Shown piece by piece: positions 24,541 through 35,944 of a DNA stretch of 64,000 nt. Source of the DNA: Octopus sinensis (Eukaryota); contig NC_043010.1 in NCBI RefSeq assembly GCF_006345805.1, positions 13,764,001 to 13,828,000 of the forward strand, read 5' to 3'. The notes beneath the pieces were generated by a model. That model worked only from the letters and a program-made list of their open reading frames with translations, was not told the DNA's origin and searched no databases. The position numbers and the translations under genes were made by a program. Position 1 is the first letter of the stretch, and each line of letters begins with the position of its first letter.

Positions 24541-26097
24541 CAGGCATATAGACCTGATTCGAGAAACACTACAGGAATATGAAGCGGTAACAGGAGCTAA
24601 AATTAATGCAGAAAAGTCAGTGGGCTTGCAACTCGGCACCTGGAGAGGCAAGTTCATGACGTCCAGCAGCGTGATGGGGCGCTCAACAGACGGTACCGTT
24701 ACGTTGCTCGGAGTTTGGTTTGGTCCGGATTCCCAGCTGAAGAACTGGGACAAAGTGATGAGCAGGGTAGCCATTCTCACCCAGAAATGGGCCGAGAGAA
24801 AGCTGTCCCTGAAAGGTCGGGCGGAGGTGGCGAATGCGACCATCGCATCCGTCATCTATTACCGCTTGACAGTCGTCCCTTGCCCTGTTTGCTGGTTGAC
24901 CAAGCTGGTGCGCTTACTCTTCCGCTTTCTGTGGAAGGATCAGGTTCCACTGGTCAGGTGCTCCATCTGCTGTCAACAGCTGCTGAATGGAGGGCTGGGC
25001 ATGCCGTGGTTACTGATGCGCAGACAAGCGCTCAGGTTGCGGCATCTCCAGCATTTCCTTGACAGTGAGCAGGTGTGGCCACCGTTTGTAAGGGACACTT
25101 TTCTACAGTTTGTCTCTTTGACTGAGCTGCAATCCTGGATTAGACGTAGACCGAGGAGGGGCGCTTGGCACCTCGAGTGACGTCAAGCGCTCACAGCCCT
25201 CCGCCTGACGGGTAATGCTGTCGATGGTAGTTCTACTCTAACGTTCTATAGAGGGCTAGTGAAAGGAAAGTGCGACGACGTTCTCGGGGTAACTCTGGGT
25301 GTCGATGAAGATCAACTAACCGGTCTGTTTCGGAGAACTTTCGGGCCAGGGCCTATGGATAACTTGCAGAAATCCCTTGCCTGGCAGTGCTACTGAGGGG
25401 CGCTGCCTGTTGGAGATAAACTTTACAGACACGGAAGTGCCGTCAGCCGGGCCAGCTCGAAGTGCGCCCAGAACGATGAAACCGTTCTGCACGCCCTAGT
25501 CCAGTGCCCGAGTATTGCTGACCTGTGGGTTTATGTTGAACACCTGCTGTCGCGTGTAGGATGAATCCGGCTATCTTCTGAATCCATTGTGAAAATTTCC
25601 CCGCCACCCTCGTTTGGCCGGGAGGCGCAGGCAACTTTTATTTGTCTAGTGGCTGTAGCAAAAGAGGTAGTATGGTGGATCCGTTTGAAAGGGCCAAAGA
25701 CAGACATTTTCCTCTTTGGCCAAACCTTCATCAACTTTTTCAAGAGAAACTTGAAAAGGAAGTTGCGGTTGGAGAGGGAAGTGTTGCCTTGTAGCAAGTT
25801 TTTTGAAAGGTGGGTGAATGTTGGAAGAATGGCTAGTGTGAAAGGACCAGTTCTGAGCGTACACCTGTAAAAAAAAGTAGAAGGGCTTTTGCTCTGTTGT
25901 TCAGGCACCCGTGGCTTTTGTGGGTTTTTCCACGAGGACCTTAAAACGCCTCTTCTATTGGGAGTTTAATTTGTTCCCCTTTTTAATTACATTATATACA
26001 CGCGAAAACCCATTGCATCGTCCTGTTTTTGTCTTTAATGTTGCTGCATGTCTTTTAATGTTTTGTATCTGAGCCCTTGAGGCCAATAAAAGAATAA
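24541..26097 (+). mobile_element. Tx1/L1-clade LINE, RT C-terminus to 3' end (subfamily alpha), decayed
   Basis: LSLKGRAEVAN, FLWK, GGLGMP and C-x2-C...HALVQC zinc-knuckle-like motifs; stops; ends GCCCTTGAGGCCAATAAAAGAAT then (ATT)n. Confidence 0.85.
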
Positions 26098-26127
26098 ATT
26101 ATTATTATTATTATTACTACTACTAGA

Positions 26128-26700
26128 AAGGCGGCAAGCTGGCAGAAGCGTTAGCACGCCGGGCGAAATGCGTAGCCGTATTTCGTCTGCCGTTACGTTC
26201 TGAGTTCAAATTCCGCCGGGGTCGACTTTGCCTTTCATCCTTTCGGGGTCGATTAAATAAGTACCAGTTACGCACTGGGGTCGATATAATCGACTTAATC
26301 TGTTTGTCTGTCTGTCCTTGTTTGTCCTCTCTGTGTTTAGCCCCTTGTGGGTAGTAAAGAAATAAGTGTTTCGTCTGCCGTTACGTTCTGAGTTCAAATT
26401 CCGCCGAGGTCGACTTTGCCTTTCATCCTTTCGGGGTCGATAAATTAAGTACCAGTTACGTACTTGGGTCGATATAATCGACTTAATCTGTTTGTCTGTC
26501 CTTGTTTGTCCTCTCTGTGTTTAGACCCTTGTGGGTAGTAAATAAATAGAAATAGGTATTTCGTCTGTCTTCACATTTTGAGTTCATATTCTGCCGAGGT
26601 CGATTTTGCCTTTCATCCTTTCGGGGTCAATGAAATAAGTACCCGTTACACACCCCAAATTTCAGGTTTTGTGCATATAGTAGAAAGGATTATTGTTACT
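26128..26700 (+). mobile_element. SINE-B tandem array (head + 2 units + remainder of an older B' copy)
   Basis: Junctions at 26364 and 26554; last unit carries a different tail. Confidence 0.8.
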
Positions 26701-27028
26701 AGAAGATAGAAGAGGAAAAGATATAGTGGATGATGCTGATCTAGAGTAGGAAGGCGCAACAAGGGCGGTCCACTCGGGGCGATGCTTTTTCACAGGTGGC
26801 ATTTTTGGGGTCTGCTGCATAATCTTGTACAAGAGGGGTGGGGCAGCGGAGATGCAAACTCAAAGGCTATTTTGGGCTAGCTACACAACTGAAGGGGAGA
26901 AGCTGAGGTAGATAGTACAGAGGAGCATATGCCGATGTAGTTGCAATAAAAAAAAAGAAAAGAAAACCTAGAGTGGACAGCACATCTGTGAGTTAATGGA
27001 TAGAACCTTTTCAAATCATCTGTATATT

Positions 27029-27250
27029 TATTTCTTTATTACCCACAAGGGGCCAAACATAGAGGGGACAAACAAGAACAGACAAACGGATTAAGTCGAC
27101 CCCAGTGTGTAACTAGTACTTAATTTATCAACCCCGAAAGGATGAAAGGCAAAGTCGACCCTGGCGGAATTTGAACTCGGAACGTAACGGCAGACGAAAT
27201 ACGGCTACGCATTTCGCCCGGCGTGCTAACGGTTCTGCCAGCTCGCCACC
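27029..27250 (-). mobile_element. SINE-B, full length
   Basis: Head, body and tail present. Confidence 0.8.
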
Positions 27251-27451
27251 TTGTGTTAGATGTTAATTAGCTTGAAGTATGAATGTATTAGTGGCAGTAT
27301 ACCATAAATAGATATTGGGCAGAACTCCAATATGGAGATGGTATGAAAACAAATCAAGTTTTTCTTTCCTTCAGATAATCGTCTGCACTTTCCATTGGCA
27401 GCTGTTGTTTTGCCCTAAGTCAGCCATATCGCTACGACAGCATTGTCCAGT

Positions 27452-28010
27452 GTCGTCGTCGGCACCCGTCCGTCTCGAGAGACGATGGTGTAGCTCGGAT
27501 GTTGAGCTACAAGGCCTGGGCAGGTTTGTATGAGGGATCAGCTGTTACCCATGCAGTTTGATCCCCCCCCCCTCTCCACGCAGCTGGTAGCTCCAAGGGA
27601 ACGACGGGTCGATACAGCTTGGCACCAGATGCGTCGCGGGAGTTGCCGGTGATGACGTGTTGTGTCAGGCCGCCTTAGGGACTCCAGCTCCGGATTTTCT
27701 GTCGGGGTTTACTCCCTTAGCCTTCCCCCAGGAGGGGTCTTGCCGCAAGGCAGCGGAGGTCTGAAATCAGAGTTTCCCTCCCCTAGCTGGGCTGCCAGTC
27801 AAGGCTATCGAGTCCCAACTACCCGAAGCAACTGGTTTTAAGGCGCCAGTGACTCGCCTTTGCCCCTTCTCCTTTCAGTGGGAACAGTTTCGCTGCGGGA
27901 AGGCCAGGAGTTGGACTTGACTGTCAGAGACTATTTGAGACGCACGCCGTGGGAACACTTTGTAGGCAATGGGAGCTTATCCCCGCTACCACTCCCGGCT
28001 ATGTCCAATG
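27452..28010 (-). mobile_element. Non-autonomous RTE-like element (putative 5' UTR joined to 3' tail)
   Basis: GC-rich non-coding block resembling RTE/BovB-type 5' UTRs, ending in a (GAC)n-like tail; partial inverted copy at 29631-29790. Confidence 0.45.
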
Positions 28011-28068
28011 TATACTTCTTGTTTTAAGACGGTAGTTTATATTTGAAGGGTTTTTGGTGCTACATATA

Positions 28069-28437
28069 TATTTCTTTACTACCCACAAGGGGCTAAACAC
28101 AGAGGGGACAAACAAGGACAGACAAACGGATTAAATCGATTACATCGACCCCAGTGCGTAACTGGTACTTAATTTATCGACCCCGAAACGATGAAAGGCA
28201 AAGTCGACCTCGGCGGAATTTGAACTCGGAACGTAAAGACAGGCGAAATACCTATTTCTTTACTACCCACAAGGGGCTAAACACCGAGGGAGCAAACAAG
28301 GACAGACAAACGGATTAAGTCGATCACATCGACCCCAGTGCATAACTGGTACTTAATTTATCGACCCCGAAAGGATGCGCACAAGGGGCTAAACATAGAG
28401 GAGACAAACAAGGACAGACAAACGGATTAAATCGATT
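28069..28437 (-). mobile_element. SINE-B partial tandem array
   Basis: Internal junction at 28252/28253. Confidence 0.8.
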
Positions 28438-28602
28438 CAGTCATATAAGCAGATTAAGTGACTTCTTCGTGACTTTTGCAGTCTCGATCTACGACAGTTT
28501 TTTTTTAAACTTTCCTTTTCGATGTAGATAATATGTTTCTCGTTGGTCCGCCAAGGGTTTTTTTTATATATATTCGTAAATACTACACTACAGAAAAATG
28601 AT

Positions 28603-28989
28603 GTGGAGGCGCAATGGCCCAGTGGTTAGGGCAGCGGATTCGCGGTCGTAGGATCGCGGTTTCGATTCCCAGACCGGGCGTTGTGAGTGTTTATTGAGCG
28701 AAAGCACCTAAAGCTCCACGAGGCTCCGGCAGGGGTGGTGGTGATCCCTGCTGTACTCTTTCACCACAACTTTCTCTCACTCTTACTTCCTGTTTCTGTT
28801 GTACCTGTATTTCAAAGGGCCGGCCTTGTCACTCTCTGTGTCACGCTGAATATCCCCGAGAACTACGTTAAGGGTACATGTGTCTGTGGAGTGCTCAGCC
28901 ACTTACACGTTAATTTCACGAGCAGGCTGTTCCGTTGATTCGGATCAACCGGAACCCTCGTCGTCGTAACCGACGGAGTGCTTCCATTC
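28603..28989 (+). mobile_element. SINE-C, full length, 16-bp TSD
   Basis: tRNA-like head TGGCCCAGTGGTTAGGGC...GGTTTCGATTCC; TSD CACTACAGAAAAATGA at 28586-28601 and 28990-29005. Confidence 0.88.
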
Positions 28990-29877
28990 CACTACAGAAA
29001 AATGAGCTTTTTGTGTTTGTTTACTGCCATCGTCCGTAATCGTTTTAAAGTCATTAAAGAAAACAGAGAGGTCGATGAACTTTTCCCAGTACGTTTAAGG
29101 TCACGAGATTCTTTCAAATCATTAAGTTTATAATTATACATAGGTGATAATGAGGACTCTATAGTGTAATTAGCAACACAGTCACCTGGCGTGTTTTAAT
29201 TATAACTTCGTGCTTTTCTAATTATGACTGTTTTCTATTTCAGAAAAAACAGAAATTATCTACTAAATAAATGTTTAGAGATAGCGTGAGAAGGTCTCTC
29301 AGTAATATCATTCTAAAGAATGTTGCAGCTTTCATTCGACTTGAACAACACACGAATTGATTACTGTCAAGTACTGTTATTTTTATCCTTTCTTTTTTAA
29401 TTTTTTGCCTAAAGTTGATCATTCATGAATTCCTGTTATTTTATGTGTTTTTGTTATTATTTTAAATCTAAAAACGGTGCCAATTCCGACCAATTTACGT
29501 TGCGTAGTAAGACGATAGCTTCTCAGTCACGTGGTTTTTGGGTTCAGTCCAATTGCATGGGAAACTTGAGTTACACACTATCTAAAACCAGGAAGGTCAT
29601 ACTATATTAAATTGTCATAGACGCACATTCAGTTGCTTCGGGTAGTTGGGACTCGATAGCCTTGACTGGGTAGCCCAACTAGGAGAAAGAAACTCCAATT
29701 TCAAACCTCCGCTGCCTTACGGCAAGACCCCCTCCTGGGGAAGGCTAAGGGAGTAAACCCCGACAGAAAATCCGGAGCTGGAGTCCCTAATACTATAGTC
29801 CCAATACTTTAATGCCCTATAAGTGAATTTGGTGTACAGAAATTGTGAAGCATATATATATATATATATATATATAT

Positions 29878-30188
29878 CACCACCATCACGTGACCGACCA
29901 GGCTATCAGATGTTGCTACACATCGCTGGTCACAATGCGCTTCGCATTGTTTTGGCCTTCAAATGACGCCACCCCACTGGCTAAGCGAGCAGGCCAACAG
30001 AAGAAAGAGTGAGAGAAAGTTGTGGCGAAAGAGTACAGCAGGGATCGCCACCACCCACTGCCGGAGCGTCGTGGAGCTTTTTAGGTGTTTTCGCTCAATA
30101 AACACTCACAACGACCGGTCTGAAAATCGAAACCGCGATCATACGACCGCGAGTCCGCTACCCTAACCACTGGGCCATTGCGCCTCCA
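29878..30188 (-). mobile_element. SINE-C head with alternative tail 3
   Basis: Shares head and TTTCTCTCACTCTT, then diverges. Confidence 0.7.
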
Positions 30189-30222
30189 TATACATACATA
30201 CATACATACATACATACATACA

Positions 30223-30318
<96 letters not shown>

Positions 30319-30352
30319 GTATATATATATGTATGTATGTATATATACACAT
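30189..30352. repeat. (ATAC)n/(TA)n microsatellite
   Basis: Direct inspection. Confidence 0.95.
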
Positions 30353-31162
30353 AGATATAAATAGTTATATATTTTCTTACGAAACACAGACCGCATAGAA
30401 GCGCTCAATTTATAAGACCTAAAAGGCAGTCTTTCAAATTCTTTATATATATTTTTGCCCCCTTCTTCGCCGCTTCGGCTTGTAACCTGTTCTAGCTAAA
30501 TAAATCTGTACCTTTGATATAGGTCGTTATTGTATTGTAATTCAGCATTTCCACACGAATATATTCAAGTAAGACACAGATTTTAATGTCGAACTCATGT
30601 AGAGATGAGTCAAACATTCGTAAAACAAGCACACTTTATTCACTTTATTCAATCCTTTATTCACCCGAACATCACTGTTGACCTTCCACGAACCAACAAA
30701 AGAACAAAAGCTGTTAAAAAATACCAGCCAAATCTCCCCCCGAATTACACACTATCTAAAACCAGGAAACGTCATACTATAATAAATTGTCATCGACGCA
30801 CATTCTGATTCAGAGATTGACAATCGTGCCTGGAATGCCTTTATCATAGATTTGCGTCACCAAGGCTGACTTCGAGCAGAGAGTTATGTCCCTTCAACAA
30901 ATATATTAAAAGGAGTAATGTCCCTTGCAAACACTAGCTGAAGGAAAATTGCGTTGATGTCCACAATTCATTCATACCTCCGAGGTCGATAAAGTAAAGT
31001 GCTTGTCAAGTTCTGGACTCGATGGTTTATAGAAACCTTCTCATTTTATAGTTGTTGGTCTTTTGGCTAAATTAGAAAAAAAAAATAGTGAATATAAAAA
31101 TGATTACCGGAGGATAATTTTTTTAAAATGGAAGAGCTGATGTTGTTTGTGATCTAACGCAA

Positions 31163-31164
31163 AA

Positions 31165-31204
<40 letters not shown>

Positions 31205-31230
31205 AGGAAGGAAAGAAAGAAAGATAGAAA

Positions 31231-31316
<86 letters not shown>

Positions 31317-31332
31317 AGGAAAGAAAGAAGGA
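31163..31332. repeat. (AAAG)n microsatellite
   Basis: Direct inspection. Confidence 0.95.
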
Positions 31333-31602
31333 AAGAAAGAAAGAAAGAAAGAACCGCAAGTATCTGAGATTTTCCTCTGAGACGGAGAAGGAAAACGAAA
31401 ACCTTGCCGTTGCCTTGTCCGGAGAGAACAGTAAAAGTTAGATTCCCAGGGCGCAGGTGTAGTTATGAGGTTACGAAGTTTGCATCACAAACCCGTGGGG
31501 GGTTTACTTCCAATCCCATTGGGTGGTAACTTGGGCAAATATCATCTACTTTTATGCATTTAGTATCTGTTTTTTTTTATTACCAACAGAGATAATAAAT
31601 AC

Positions 31603-31800
31603 GGATCTTTTCGGTTTGAACGGCAGTTTTTAAAAATAATTTCCACGAAACTAAACACTTTTAAACTTCGTATACTGGTAGAATGTGTTTATAAAACATC
31701 TTTTTCTCTTGGCTTTATTGAGAAAATTCTATAGTTTGTAAGATATTTGTTGTTGTTTTTCCTTCAATTTCTGCAATTTCAACCAATCAATGACGTCTAT
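31603..31800. mobile_element. TIR MITE, half copy
   Basis: Same TIR and first about 200 bp. Confidence 0.75.
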
Positions 31801-31869
31801 GTTTGAGGTGTGGTGTTGTGTGTAAAGTCGACCCAAATTTAATGTTTGTTCTATAACCAATGCTCCTGT

Positions 31870-31902
<33 letters not shown>

Positions 31903-31904
<2 letters not shown>

Positions 31905-32109
31905 CTCTTTTACTCTTTTACTTGTTTCAGTCATTTGACTGCGGCCATGCTGGAGCACCGCCTTTAGTCGAGCAAATCGACCCCGGGACTTATTCTTTGT
32001 AAGCCCAGTACTTATTCTATCGGTCTCTTTTGCCGAACCGCTAAGTTACGGGGACGTAAACACACCAGCATCGGTTGTCAAGCAACGCTAGGGGGACAAA
32101 CACACATAC

Positions 32110-32150
<41 letters not shown>

Positions 32151-32313
32151 CGACAGGCTTCTTTCAGTTTCCGTCTACCAAATCCACTCACAAGGCATTG
32201 GTCGGCCCGGGGCTATAGCAGAAGACACTTGCCCAAGATGCCACATAGTGGGACTGAACCCGGAACCATGTGTTGGTTAGCAAGCTACTTACCACACAGC
32301 CACTCCTGCGCCT
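31903..32313 (-). mobile_element. SINE-A
   Basis: Full-length homology. Confidence 0.85.
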
Positions 32314-33259
32314 ATATATATATATATATATACAATTATGAAAAATCTACTAATAATTTCAAGCTTTTACGATACTTTAAATTGGCAGATTTATAAAACA
32401 CGCCATGTATCTCCAAAAAAATCTTTCAGTCTCAATTCATGCGTTAGATTTTATTTAAAAATAAGGATGCTGGACCGTGAGAAAATGAGAAGAAGAAAAA
32501 AACACAGAAAAGCAAGAAAACCAAGATCTTCGTCCTGTTTGTTTGTAGAATCAATAGTTAATGAAACTGGTGCGGAACGATATAACGGAAAGGATACCAA
32601 AGTCTGGAAGACAACCACTCGATTCGGAGCGGGTTGTGAACTTCAGTTCGACAAGAGAAACTTGTTCATATGTTTGCACCTGCTAAAAATTTCAGATCTG
32701 GAATTAAGCAGTGTAGTAGCATTCTCGGATCTAAAAAGAATACGTGATCTTTCTACTACGCATAAGTTCTTTCTTAGATCCATCTTTCTACTACGCATAA
32801 GTTCTTTCTTAGATCCATGTGTGAGGGGTATGCGTTGTCTCGTATATGTCCCATAACTTAGTAGTACGACAAAAGAGACCGATACAATAAGAACCAGACT
32901 TAAACAAAAAATATTAAAAGTATCTATTCTCCTGAATTGTTCGAGGCTGTATCCCAGCATAGTGTAGTCTAATGATTGAAATACGCCATGTATCTCCATG
33001 AAATTTTTGGCAAGTGTCTTCCACTATAGTCCCGAGCCGACCAATGCCCTATGAGTGAACATGGTGGACAGAAAGTGTGTAGAAACTCGTCATATGTGCA
33101 TGTGTGTGTGTGTGTGCGTGCGTGCACGCGTATGTTTCTGTCCGTTATCCGAGCAGCGTTCTTTTTGTTTGTTTGTGCGCATGTGTGTGGGTCAGTGTGT
33201 GGACGCATACACATGTATGTATGAATGTATGTATGTTACATATATATTATTTTTTTCTT

Positions 33260-33311
33260 GCAAAAACTGTCCGACGAACGGTAACGTGAAACTCAGAGTA
33301 ACAGGTTTTGT
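33260..33311 (+). ncRNA. Minimal type I hammerhead ribozyme-like motif (Penelope-like element type)
   Basis: Stem I CAAAAACTGT/ACAGGTTTTG, core CCGACGA, stem II ACG-GTAA-CGT, GAAA, 2-bp stem III AC/GT with TCAGA loop, GTA cleavage triplet (33298-33300). Confidence 0.65.
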
Positions 33312-33409
33312 TGAATTTTCTGCTGCTTTTGAATAAAGCATATTACTCTACCGCTGGTATTTGAGTACTCTTTTTTCCACCTTGTTTCACATTTATGTGT
33401 TTACTCCGG

Positions 33410-33445
33410 TATATATATATATATATATACATATATATATACATA

Positions 33446-33479
<34 letters not shown>

Positions 33480-33672
33480 TATATATATATACATACATAC
33501 ATACGCACACACACACACACACCACACACACACACATATATATTTACATACATACACACATACACACACACATATATATATACATATATATATATATTAT
33601 ATATATATATATACATATATATATATACATACATACACACATACACACATATATATATATACATACATACAC

Positions 33673-33723
<51 letters not shown>

Positions 33724-33725
33724 CC
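33410..33725. repeat. Compound (TA)n/(CA)n microsatellite
   Basis: Direct inspection. Confidence 0.95.
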
Positions 33726-34610
33726 AATACCTTGTAATAAAAAGAAAGATAAAATATTGTGTGTGTGTGTGTGTGTGTTTTCTTTTTAAGTTCTGATAAC
33801 ACATTCTTCTATTCCTAATCATTAAGTCAATATACCATAGAATGCTAAAGCTATCTAACAAATAACGTTCCGTAATTTGTATTAAACAATTGTGACTCAG
33901 AGCTAAACTATGAAATGAAACATTTTATCAACATTTTCTTTACCATTGTTTATAAGTTAGAACCTTACACACGCAGTTACAATGTTAAGAATTATAGTCA
34001 CGCATCTCATTTCTATAACAGCAAGTTCTTCGCTTAGAAGATGCGGACTTATTTAAAATGTTTATACGATTTTATTCACAGAACTGTTATCTCAGCATCA
34101 GGATCTAATTTTCCCACATTTCTCTTGGAAGCATTGCTTAAGGAGCTTGGTTTGTAGCCATGGGGTTACGGTTCAATCCCACTGCACAGTACCTAGGGCA
34201 AGTGTCTCTTCTTCTACAGTCCCGCGCGGACTAGTTATCTTGTCATCAGGATCTAATTTTCCCACATTTCTCTTGGAAGCATTGCTTAAGGAGCTCGGGT
34301 TGTAGTCATGTGGTTACGGTTCAGTCCCACAGCACAGTACCTTGGGCAAGTGTCTTCTTCTACAGCCCCGTGCCGACTAGTGCCCTAGTGCCCTATGAAT
34401 GAACTTGGTTGACAGAAAGTGTGTGGAAACACGCCAGTGGCTGTGTAGTAAGAAGCTTGCTTCCCAACCACATGGTTCCGGGTTCAGTCCCACTGCGTGG
34501 GAGGGAGCCTTCAACTTTTTCTCTCCAAAATGCTTTTTTAACTCAGTAATTACACACTGTCATTTAAGTTTATCTGCTTCGAGATTCACCATTCCTAAAA
34601 AAAATATATA

Positions 34611-34848
34611 TATTTCTTTACTGCCCACAAGGAGCTAAACACAAAGCCCAAAGCCCAAACAAGGACAGACAAAGGGATTAAGTCGATTCCATCGACCCCA
34701 GTGCGTAACTGGTACTTAATTTATCGACCCTGAAAGGATGAAAGGCAAAGTCGACCTCGGCGGAATTTGAACTCAGAACGTAGCGGCAGCGAAATACGGC
34801 TACGCATTTCGCCCGGCGTGCAACCGTTTCTGCCAGCTCGCCGCCTTC
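34611..34848 (-). mobile_element. SINE-B, full length
   Basis: Head, body and tail present. Confidence 0.8.
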
Positions 34849-35243
34849 TATTCCTAAAAAAAAAAAATTATAGAAATTAATGTAATGAGATCGATGCTAC
34901 AAAGAGAGCAAATATGTTAATGAGATCTCTGTTTTTCCTAAGTGAGTGAACGTGTAACTAATATCCTTGTTACAATGAGAACAATGGCTCAAATGATACC
35001 CTCGACATTCACAAAGTAAATGAGATACCTGCTACAAAATCAGTAACTATGTTCAAAGAGAGCAACTATGCGGAGAATTTCACTGCCATTTAAAGAGTAA
35101 CTAAATACGATCTGTATTAAAAAGAGATATTTACTTGGAGCGAAGAAAGAAATGCAAATGGTGTACCCAGCCATCTGGCAGGACATTACATATCTAGCCA
35201 GAGGGAAGAAGTTTGGAGCCATCGTGGTGAGGTTCAAGAGGAA

Positions 35244-35627
35244 GGAAGCACTCCGTCGGTCACGACGACGAGGGTTCCGTTGATCCGAATCAACGGAACA
35301 GCCTGCTCATGAAATTAACGTGTAAGTGGCTGAGCACTCCACAGACACGTGCACCCTTAACGTAGTTCTCGGGGATATTCAGCGTGACACAGAGAGTGAC
35401 AAGGCCGGCCCTTTGAAATACAGGTACAACAGAAGCAGGAAGTAAGAGTGAGAGAAAGTTGTGGTGAAAGAGTACAGCAGGGATCACCACCATCCCCTGC
35501 CGGAGCCTCGTGGAGCTTTTAGGTGTTTTCGCTCAATAAACACTCACAACGCCCGGTCTGGGAATCGAAACCGCGATCCTACGACCGCGAATCCGCTGCC
35601 CTAACCACTGGGCCATTGCGCCTCCAC
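35244..35627 (-). mobile_element. SINE-C
   Basis: Full-length homology. Confidence 0.85.
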
Positions 35628-35944
35628 GAAGTTCAAGAACGCAGAAACAGCACAGGGACACTCTGTAGTGTCATTAGAGTCACAAGACACATTATTGATC
35701 CCGGTTTGCACGGGAGTGAGAACATCTAGCGGTTCTAGACTGGGGTCCATATGACCCTTGGTGTTCATATAAGATTTTGTGGGGTTCATGAAAGCAAAGT
35801 AGTAACTTGGGGATTCATGGTAGTATTTTAAAGGGTCCGTGGAAAATTTTACTTTCATATGTCTATATTGCAAGAAACAGCTAGGTTTATTTCTCTGGTG
35901 TTTTACATAGTTTAAAATGTTTCCTGCCACTGAAATATGTTCTC

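Noticed and set aside
28603-28680. tRNA-like sequences at SINE heads (A, B, C families)
   Set aside because: No complete acceptor stem or terminator; they continue into SINE bodies.
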